The translations under genes were made by a program, and so were the position numbers. This document shows, in pieces, positions 52,201-60,979 of a stretch of DNA of 64,000 bases (within the stretch, counting starts at the first letter, position 1; each line of letters starts with the position of its first letter). Source of the stretch: Azolla caroliniana. Lineage: Eukaryota; Plantae; Polypodiophyta. Location: contig JBHGNT010000015.1 in NCBI GenBank assembly GCA_043228905.1, positions 4,402,001-4,466,000 of the forward strand. Direction: 5' to 3'. The notes beneath the pieces are model-generated. The model ran no database searches. It saw nothing but the letters and a program-made list of their open reading frames with translations, and had not been told where the DNA came from.

Positions 52201-53349
52201 CACCTGGTATGCCGGTTGAAGAAGAGCCTTTACGGACTGAAGCAGGCTCCCCGGCAATGGTACCGGAAGTTCGACTCCTTCATGACCGACGAAGGGTACC
52301 ACAAAACGCAGTCTGACCACTGCGTGTTTGTGAAGAAGTTCGAAGGAGGAGACTCTCTAATACTCCTCTTGTACGTGGACGACATGTTGATCGTCGGACG
52401 GGACCAGGTCAAGATACGGATGCTGAAGAAGGCTCTTCACCGAACCTTCTCAATGAAGGACTTGGGTCCGGCGAGACAAATACTAGGGATGCACATCATC
52501 CGGGACCGGAGCAAGAAGCAGTTGTGGCTGTCACAGGAGAAGTACGTGACAAAGGTGCTTCAACGGTTCAACATGTCGGAAGCAAGACCGGTCGGATCAA
52601 CCCTCCCGGCAAACTGCAAGCTGTCCAGCAAGCAAAGCCCCAGGACAAAGGCTGAGAAAGAGGACATGATGAAAGTACCATATGCCTCTGCTGTCGGAAG
52701 CTTGATGTACGCAATGGTGTGTACAAGACCAGACATTGGATACGCAGTCGGAGTGGTGAGCCGGTACATGAGCAATCCCGGCAAAGAGCATTGGAACGCG
52801 GTCAAGTGGATACTCCGATACCTGAAGGGCACGGCAAACGTGTGCCTCCGATTCGGCTCCGGTAAGCCTGAACTCGACGGCTTCACCGATTCGGATATGT
52901 CGGCTGATGCAGATACCAGCCGGTCCACATCAGGGTATGTGATGACCTATGCAGGGGGAGCCGTTTCGTGGCAGTCGAGGCTGCAGAAGACGGTTGCGTT
53001 GTCAACCACGGAGGCGGAGTACATGGCAGCTATTGAAGCCGGCAAGGAAATAATATGGATGAAGGACTTCATTAGAGAGCTCGGTATCCAGCAGGAGGAG
53101 TACCGACTCTACTGCGACAGTCAGAGTGCCATCCACCTTGCGAAGAACGCGGCTTATCACTCCCGGACGAAGCACATCCAGCGAAGATATCACTGGATCC
53201 GGGAAAGGATAGAAGACAAGGAGTTCGAGCTGACGAAGGTCCACACGGACGAGAACGGGTCAGATATGCTGACCAAGGTGCTCACACCCGACAAGCTGGA
53301 AGCATGCCGGAAGAGGATCGGACTGGAGAGACATCCCATGCCGAAGTGA
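49276..53349 (+). CDS. copia Gag-Pol polyprotein (about 1357 aa)
   Basis: One open frame from the first ATG after the PBS: CFHCGKPGHFRKNC, VDSGAS, HKRLCH...CTNC, integrase DDE, YVDD, RNase H DSD...EAEY...CDSQSA. Confidence 0.96.
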   Translation: MEGGGSGPPGMMVLNAQNYADWKIKMEDLLIVRDLYEPIDRSEIPKGVLETEWRLLNRKAVATIRQYVDVSVLQHVANDTNAYEMWRKLSGLYERKNALNRTSLMRKIVNLKYRDGESMVEHVSTFMGFVNQLAAIKFPLEDAMQAIILMCTLPDSWENLVVTLSTSCTEDNLSLQTVKTSILNEEARRRDKEPASDSKALLTESERGRQWNRSPQRREKSGTRSQSRGRPTCFHCGKPGHFRKNCRHYRKDNGADDTDSKKSPERNGAYRGATDRRGPDRRGQDRKGMTALAASEEEIMLITEERELNLAGVEMTWVVDSGASFHLTPEKKYFSSYTAGEHGCVRMGNEGTCRIAGIGDVWLMTSTGCKMLLKNVRHVPEVRLNLISAGRLDDEGYTGSIRNGVMKFSKGSLIVARARKVNTLYLMNSRLCPEELNVAADTAGELWHKRLCHMSEKGMKRLAEDNLIPVKHVHLEKCTNCLAGKQNRTSFHSRPPTRRSAPLELVHTDVCQVETKSHGGAQYFVTFIDDHSRKLWSAPLKTKDQVLSVFKELHARVERESGKKLKAIRADNGGEYRGQFQEYCRSKGIRLEFTVPKTPELNGLAERMNRTIMERVRSMLAHAKLPKGFWAEAMSTATYVINRSPSVPLDGDTPQKVWTGKEVSYRHLKVFGCLAYVHVAKDRRGKLDPKTRPCIFLGYGDDEFGYRVWDPVNKKIFRSRDIIFMEDKTLADWESEKEMKSSKSTGEDKLYEEQSRPARDRLALEDPAEDGEETEPAEEDENDTGTGPDPEMDSDEEESEEPVTEAPERRYPLRERRAPRRFPEPEHVLLTDEGEPESFEEAKYDTQSRRWLSAMQDEMDSLHENHTYELVELPKGKRALRNKWVFKLKPGDAGNPPRYKARIVVKGFQQKKGVDFDEIFAPVVKMTSIRTVLSIAASMDLEVEQMDVKTAFLHGDLEEEIYMQQPEGFEKKGKEHLVCRLKKSLYGLKQAPRQWYRKFDSFMTDEGYHKTQSDHCVFVKKFEGGDSLILLLYVDDMLIVGRDQVKIRMLKKALHRTFSMKDLGPARQILGMHIIRDRSKKQLWLSQEKYVTKVLQRFNMSEARPVGSTLPANCKLSSKQSPRTKAEKEDMMKVPYASAVGSLMYAMVCTRPDIGYAVGVVSRYMSNPGKEHWNAVKWILRYLKGTANVCLRFGSGKPELDGFTDSDMSADADTSRSTSGYVMTYAGGAVSWQSRLQKTVALSTTEAEYMAAIEAGKEIIWMKDFIRELGIQQEEYRLYCDSQSAIHLAKNAAYHSRTKHIQRRYHWIRERIEDKEFELTKVHTDENGSDMLTKVLTPDKLEACRKRIGLERHPMPK

Positions 53350-53695
53350 AGGGGGAGTTTGTTGGGATTTCGGTCCCTCCGGATGGGATGTCCGGAGATG
53401 AATGACGGCAAGCCCGGTTGCGGTTACGGAGCCGGATGATGAAGACCCCGGTTACGGAACCGGATGATGAAGACCCCGGTTACGGAGCCGGATGATGAAG
53501 ACCCCGGTTACGGAACCGGATGATGAATGTACCCGGAGAGAGATCCGGATGCGGAGACATATTTGTGAATATGTTTGCCAAGAGCCCTTGAGGCTATATT
53601 TGTAAATAGCCCGAAAGTCATATGTGTATAAATATGACTTAGGGCAAACAGTTTTATGTTGTTGCTGCTATTTTTCATGCTGGAGGAGAGCAGCC

Positions 53696-53727
<32 letters not shown>

Positions 53728-56700
53728 CGAAGAGGTCGTTGCCTCTGTGTATTGCCGCCGCCTGTGGCGAAGACAGTGAGCTCAAGGTTGTTGCCTTGAA
53801 GCTTCACCATTGTACATTCCTGTTCATAGTGATAGTTGGAGTTCGTAGACTCCCGTGGTTTTTCCCATTTAGGGTTTTCCACGTAAAATATCCTGTGTAC
53901 TCCTCTCTATAGTCTTCGTGTGTTTTGTATTTCCCATTTTCTGCTACATTGATCCGCGATTAATAGGTTGTGGCCAAGCGGTGAAGGTGAATCCAAGCGG
54001 GGATTCACAACAAGGAGAACCACGCCGGTGCATCTACCAGTGCATCCCCGGACAGCCGGATGCTGTACACGGGAACGGATCAGCACTGTGGGCGTGGTGG
54101 AAGAGGTGGGTCGGCACGCAATGGAGGCGGCCGGCAAGAGCAGGAACGGAGGCACTATGAGTGTGCCGACAGCAGTTCCGAGACTTCCACAAGCAGAGGG
54201 AGTCAAGGCGGTGCCGGAGGCCGGCAAGACAAATCCGCTACGGAATGCTGGTACTGTGTCAAAAAAGGCCACAGGGAAAGCGAGTGTTGGAGAAAGCGTG
54301 CCGATTCGGACAAATCCGGATCCGACAAGACCGGTAAGGATGGCCGGCAAAACTCGCACTATGCAAACGGATCAAGAGGATCCGGAACCGGAAAGGCCGG
54401 TAAGGGGCCAGCCTTGGTGATGAATCACAAGGCAAACTCAATGAAGAAGACCACTTCCAAAACGGAGGAAGTGTGGTATGTTGATTCCGGTGCGTCGAAC
54501 CACATGACGAGCCACAAAGAGTGGTTCTCCTTTCTGGAGAAACCGGATCAACCAGGAGTAGTCGAAACCGGAGACGACACACCACACCCAATCGTGCACA
54601 TCGGAGAAGTTCCTCTAAGCCACGTCGGACAGAAAGGGAAGCTGATGAACGTATTACACGTTCCGACGATCACGAAGAACCTGGTGTCCGTCGGTCAGAT
54701 TGTCGACCAAGGGATGCAGGTGCGGTTTACGCACCTCGAGTGCTTCATTGAAGATGAGGGCAAACGAAACAAGTCGTTTTCGGTTTGCCAAAGTTCAGCG
54801 GCCGGAGAGCCGAAATTTGTGAGGCCTGCCAACTTGGGAAGCAACACCGGCTTCCATTCCCCACCGAACAGAACCGGAGCCGTAACAAGCTCGATCTCAT
54901 CCATTCGGATGTGTGGGGACCGGCACAAAGTGTAAGCCTTGGCGGGAGCCGGTACTTCGTCTCCTTCATCGACGATTATACTCGACATACTTGGATCTAC
55001 GTCATTGAGCGGAAGAGCGAAGTCTTCGACTGTTTCCGGAGCCTCCAGAAGATGGTGGAACGGGAATCGGAGAGGAAGATCAAATGCCTTCGGTCGGATG
55101 GCGGAAAGGAATATTTTTCCGGCCAATTCACTAGTTATCTGCAGCAAAAGGGAATTCGGCGAGAGTTCAGCTGCAGATACACACCGGAGCAAAACGGTGT
55201 GGCCGAAAGGAAGAACCGGACACTCGTCGAAGCGGCAAGGACAATGTTGGAGGAGAAGAGCATGCCCCGGTTCTACTGGGCGGAGGCGGTCCAGACGGCC
55301 GTCTACATACAAAACCGCATTGGTGACAAGGTGTCAGCTCATGAGCTGTATTTCGGGCGCAAGCCGAACTTAAGACACCTTTGGATATTCGGCAGCCTAG
55401 CTTATGTGCATGTGCCGGATCAGAAGAGGAGGAAGCTGGATGCAAAATCGGAAAAATGCATCCTAGTCGGCTATGCTCAAGAGCAAAAGGGGTATAAGTG
55501 CTATAACCCCCGGACGAAGGAAGCCCGAGTTAGCCGGGATGTCGAGTTCGATGAATCGGCATCTTGGTACTCCGTACCGACTCCGACTTCCGATACCAAC
55601 CAAATGCCGGAAGATCAGGCCAGTGATCCTGAATCAGCCTTGGAAGAGGATGATGAAGTCGGGACTCAAGATGAGAGTCCGGAATCGTTGCGGCTGAGTG
55701 GACCGAACGAGCGACTGAGTCGGTTGGACCAGTCAGATGAAGAGACGGCAAGTGGTGGAGACTCTACCGTGCTCTCCCCGCGCAAGGAACCGAGGAAACG
55801 GTTCACGCGCAAAGAGAAGGGGAAGAGGAAGATGCCGGAATTCGAAACCGGCAACGATGAGTCAGATCGGTGCGTATCCGACTCCGGAAAGGAGAAAGGC
55901 AGATCTTCGGCAACAAGGACCGAACTGGCCAAGAAGGGCCTCAAATCATGTGACGGTGCGTTGCGCCGGTCAACCCGTCAAAAGGATCCCGTCGTGCGGT
56001 ACGGGTACAATGAATACATGGCGCATCATTATGCGTACATGACTAAGGTGACAGAAGTGCGCGAGCCGGAGAGCTACGCCGAAGCAGCAAAGGACGCAAA
56101 TTGGCGTACCGCTATGGACGAAGAAATGCGGGCACTCGATGCCAACAAAACTTGGGACCTAGTTGATCCTCCCCGTCACTGTCAACCAATCGGATGCAAG
56201 TGGGTGTACAAGGTCAAGTACAACACCGACGGTTCTATTAACCGGTACAAAGCCCGGTTAGTGGCGAAGGGATACGCGCAGACCCACGGAATCGACTACG
56301 ACGAGACCTTTGCTCCTGTGGCGAAGATGACGACGGTTCGTGTGGTACTGGCGGTTGTTGCGGCAAGGGGGTGGCATCTTCACCAGATGGATGTGAAGAA
56401 CGCCTTCCTTCAAGGAGAGCTTGAAGAGGAAGTCTTTATGACTCAGCCCCCCGGATTTCAATCGGAGATGAACAAATCGGCGGTATGCCGACTGAAGAAG
56501 TCGCTTTATGGCTTGAAGCAAGCCCCCCGAGCTTGGAACGCGAAGATCACGCACCGGTTGCGTAAGCTGGGGTTTGCTGTCTCTAAGTCGGACTCTTTGT
56601 TGTTCATCCGGCAAGGCTCTAACGGTCCGGTATGTATACTCTTGTATGTGGATGATTTAGTCATCACCGGACCAGGACTTCCCGAAATCAACCGCGTCAA

Positions 56701-58809
56701 GTCCCACTTGTCGGACGCATTCGAAATGAAGGACCTGGGGGACCTTCATTATTTTCTTCGGATCGAAGTGATCCGGACCCCCGACGGCATATTGCTCTCA
56801 CAACGACAGTACATGTTGAATATGTTGTATAAGTTCGGCATGACGGATTGCCGACCTATCTCCACACCCCTGGACCGGAACCAGAAGCTCCGTCCCAACT
56901 CCGGACCGGCCTGCAATGAGAAACGGTTCCGACAGGTTGTCGGAAGCCTGATCTACTTAACCATCACCCGACCCGACATCAGCTATCCGGTCGGCATGGT
57001 AAGCCAGTTCATGCAAAAGCCGACCATGGAGCACCTTTAGTGCGCGCAAAGAATATTACGGTATGTCAGCGGCACTAAGGACCGGGGACTGCTATACCAG
57101 CGAGGTATACCCGAAGAGCTTGTCGGTTACACAGATGCTGACTGGGCCGGCGATGCGTCTGATCGCCGCTCCACTTCCGGATACATGTTCTCCATAGGTA
57201 GCGCGGCCGTTGCGTGGAGCAGCAAGAAGCAGCCCATAGTGGCTTTGTCAAGCATTGAGGCTGAGTACCGGGCCGCTACCGTTGCCACTTGTGAAGCCAT
57301 CTGGCTTCGGCGACTGCTGCGAGACTTGCGGATCGAGGTACCGACCCCGATCCCGATTTACTGCAATAACATGAGCAACTGCAGCTCGCCAAGAACCCTG
57401 TGTTCCATGCTCGCACAAAGCACATCGAGGTGCACTACCACTTCATGCGTGAGCGGGTCCTGAGCGGTGAAGTTGACCTACGGTATGTTCATACGGATCG
57501 GCAAGTTGCCGACATCTTCACCAAGCCGCTCGGATCGGACAAGTTGCAGCACTTTACCGACATGCTTGGTATTCAGCATCTCGACGTGCCGCACTTGAGG
57601 GGGAGAAGCAAGGGCAAAGGCCAAAAACCTGTTGAACCCGTCGGTAAGAGGAGCGCCGGAAGAAGAGGAGACAAGAAGATGAAGGAAGCCGAGTCGACGA
57701 AGGAAGTCGACACATCCGAACAGGTCGGAGCAAGCGGCTGTGAAGAAGAGTTGTGCACTCAGGAAGAGAAGTGCATGCTGTGCGGAGGTCATCACGACGG
57801 TACTGACCATGATGCGGAGTCGAATGAAGAATTCGATTTCGGTTCACCGGCTGAAGAAGCCGAGGGAAGCATGGAGAAGGCCAAGACTCGGAAGTGGTCT
57901 GATGTGGTGAGAGGCTTGAAGCCGGAAGTCGAATCGGAGTGTACCGATTCGGACAAGAGCTGGAACGAGTTGGAGACAGCTTACTCGGATCAACAGATGG
58001 ATCCGGATGAGACGGATCGACTGAAGGCCAAGGGGACACGGACACAGCGGAAGTCGATGCCATCGTGGGAGAACCGACGGATCGGCAAACGCCGGAGTCA
58101 CAGCAACGTGACTGCTGAGATGGGCCTATTGAGCAGACATACCGACCGAGAGGGTCGAGGCGCGCAGAACCAAAGGGATCGCGGCAAACCGGACCGGACC
58201 GGACGAGGAGCGCGAGCAAGGCGGAGTGACGCCAGAAGAAGTCGGTTGAAAGAACCGACTGCCACAGAGGTCGACACTATGACCCCCACCTCAGGTTGAG
58301 CTTGAGGGGGAGTGTTGAGCGGCAAGCTCAACCGGAGCCGGTAAGCGAGACAAATCGGGCGAAACGGATCGGTATGACGGTGAGCAACCGAACCGGCAAG
58401 CAATGGAGGCCGGGTGCAATCCGTAACCGGCAGTCCAATCAGAAGCCTAGAATAGGATAGTCTACTAGGTATCTATAGTCTCGTAGCAAGTGTCAGATGC
58501 TCGTGTGAGCATTGAAGTACATGGTACTTCTGTCAGTCCCAAGAGGACTTGTATAAATAGTGCTACTAAGCACAGTCTGTATAGACAGAGTCTTGATATA
58601 ATTTTTTGAAAGTGTGTTCTGCTCTCTCTGTCTCTCTCGCTCTCTCTTGCTCTCTCTCTCTGTGTTGTTCTCTGTTTTACGCTTCTGCAATCACCTACGT
58701 TTACACATTCTTATTTGAATTTATGCTTTAGTGATTTGGACAAATTTGTGAAGGCCATTTTCTTATGAGAGAAAGATAAATCCAAACTCTCAAGGGCACA
58801 CTATGATAA

Positions 58810-58995
58810 TGTTGGGAAACAAGTCCCTCCAGATGGGATCAGGATGAGAACCGGAGGAGCCGGATCGGACGAGCTAAAGGAAGGAACCGGATCAAATGGA
58901 TCCGGAAGGAATCCAGCCGTATCCAGTATGAATCAGCAGATAGGAACATATTGATAAATATGGTCAAACATTACCGTTGAGGTCATATTTGTAAA
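58810..58995 (+). mobile_element. 5' part of a family-B-related LTR, interrupted
   Basis: TGTTGGGAAACAAGTCCCTCCAGATGGGA start and CATATTTGTAAA motif resemble the B LTRs. Confidence 0.65.
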
Positions 58996-59329
58996 TGTTG
59001 AGAAGCAAGCTCAACCTAGTGCAACGTGTGAACACACCCTTTGAGAATCTATCATCACTCAAAGGTCAAGAGTCACACCACTACTCTTTACACATTAACT
59101 ATGTGTCATAGAACCATATTCTATGAAACATAACTAATGCGTTCCATATTCCCCATGACTATGAGTCTTCACATTCCCCAAGAGAGAGTAGTTGTTGTAG
59201 TGAGTTAATGAAGAGAGAGGGTGACCTTATATAAAGCACCCTTCTCCTACTGCATAGAGTGTCAATTGTGACTACTTGTAATGCTACATTTTGTTTCTCT
59301 TCTCTCCTCTCTTCTCTCACACATACACA
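58996..59329 (+). mobile_element. Partial copia LTR (C/D/E type), interrupted
   Basis: Starts TGTTGAGAAGCAAGCTCAAC, like the LTR at 60980. TATATAA at about 59228. Confidence 0.6.
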
Positions 59330-60979
59330 CGTCGTGGTGTGGCGTGTGCACTGTGAGAAAAAGTGAGGTTCCACACACATGTCATAAAATAATGTAGCAA
59401 AATCGATAAAATAAAATAAAAATAATTGTAGTAGCTTAGTGGTTAATGCTTATAAGTATATGTAGAGAGGTGTAGAGTTCGAGTCTCTTTTCCTACAAAT
59501 CATTTTGCTTCCCTTCCACTTTTATGATAAAGAAAGAAAGAAAAGAACGTTTAAAATAAGCTCCTCTTTCCTCTATAAGAGAGGAGCGATAGGGCTTATT
59601 TGAGGGTCGCCCATTTTGCCTTAAGGGTGTACCACTAGGGTTTCATCTTCTTCTTCTAGGGTTAGGGTTTTGTAGCCTCCCTTTCTCCTTATCACTTTCT
59701 CTTTCATCTTTTCCTTCTAGTGTTAGGGTTTGAGAGCTTCTTCTTTCTACTTTTCTTCTTTTCTCCTCAACATACTAGAGGAATTAGTATTTTAGGCTTT
59801 TAGAGTTTTGCTTCTAGTATTCTACTTTTTACTCAAGATATTTTAGGGTTTGGATTTCTTAAAGAATGGCTTCTTCGGCATCTCGGTGGTAGTCAACTCG
59901 GTAGCCGATGGCATAAGGGAGGTTGTAGTGGCACGAGAGCTACCCCGAATTGAGGCAACATAGCCGTCGGAAGTAGTGAGACTCGAAGCCCACTAGACTC
60001 GCCTTCGCTGGTTTATTTTAGCCCCTTTGGTTGATTTATAACTGATTATTGTAATAACCACCAAAATTGTGGTGTCAAGCCTAACAATTGTAAAAAATAA
60101 AAACAAAAACCCTAATTTATATCAAAACTTATGTATATTTCCCCATGTCTTTGACTTAATCTCCCACTTCCTCACTACTTTTGTCTCCCCAGTCCAAGGT
60201 CCCAGTGGTCCCGTTCAATCGACACACGCACGCAAAATTTTCGCGACATTGGTGAACCCGACGTGAAGAGGCGGTAGGAAGGATCAAATGCTTGAAATAG
60301 AAGATTAGAAAATGGCTTCTTCGTCAAACACCCAAGCTGATGAAGTGGCAAAGTTGGTGGCTATTGTCTAGCATATGATGAGAGCTCGAGATAATGATGC
60401 AAGCTTTGACAAAGCCATCGACCGAACCATTGAGATAGCGGGGCAATTTGGTGGAAGAAACATTACGGATTTTCTCGCTACATACAAGACGGAGATGCAA
60501 CAACGTGATGTCATCGAAGAGAAGCAAATATCAAGCTTCAAGTGTGTCATAGCTATTGGGTTACAAGGCCATATAAGGGAGATTCAAGCCGCCCAAACAA
60601 CATGGGTGGGATTTGAAAGGGTGCTTTTGGCTGAATATATGCTTGAAGATGCATCGAGGATGACTCACCATACGTTGATGAAGTGGATCGAGAAGAAGGG
60701 GAAGAACATGAACACATCGGGAGTGTACACCGAATTTGACCAAATGTACAGCCGTCTCCCGAGAACAGACCAAACACTTCTCGAAGGAGATGAAGTTTTG
60801 TACTTCTTAAAGGTGGTGGATGCAAAAGATAGACGAGAACTAGGTAGTCTATTAGAGGACGAACCACAACCCAATGGTCTCATAACGGATTGGGTTGTGG
60901 TAAGAAGAGCATGTGATCGATTTGACAAACGTCGTCGATGGCTAGATGATTCTGACATGGCGAGCCCAGTCGTCCAAAG
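59330..60979 (+). mobile_element. 5' part of a second Trp-primed gypsy element (LTR, PBS, gag), interrupted by copia E
   Basis: LTR about 59330-60248 ending CGCGACA. PBS TGGTGAACCCGACGTGA 60250-60266. gag 60312-60979 is homologous to 23255-23902. Confidence 0.8.

Larger units (their letters stand above)
48593..54012 (+). mobile_element. Intact, very young Ty1/copia element (family B, Tork/Tnt1-like)
   Basis: 653-bp LTRs 48593-49245 and 53360-54012 with no visible differences. PBS 49248-49259. PPT about 53348-53357. TSD AGGAG. Confidence 0.97.
48032..58299 (+). pseudogene. copia D gag-pol pseudogene (48032-48592 plus 54018-58299) with C-terminal extension
   Basis: gag LLVEE|NHAGAS rejoins across B. 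Deletion near 54765, stop at 57038-57040, frameshift near 57378. Confidence 0.9.
47520..58705 (+). mobile_element. Full-length Ty1/copia family D element, disrupted by nested element B
   Basis: LTRs 47520-47936 and 58313-58705. PBS 47937-47948. PPT 58304-58312. Perfect TSD CATTC. Confidence 0.95.

Noticed and set aside
59427-59497. Functional tRNA gene
   Set aside because: There is no proper anticodon arm or 7-bp acceptor stem. Kept only as a tRNA-like module.
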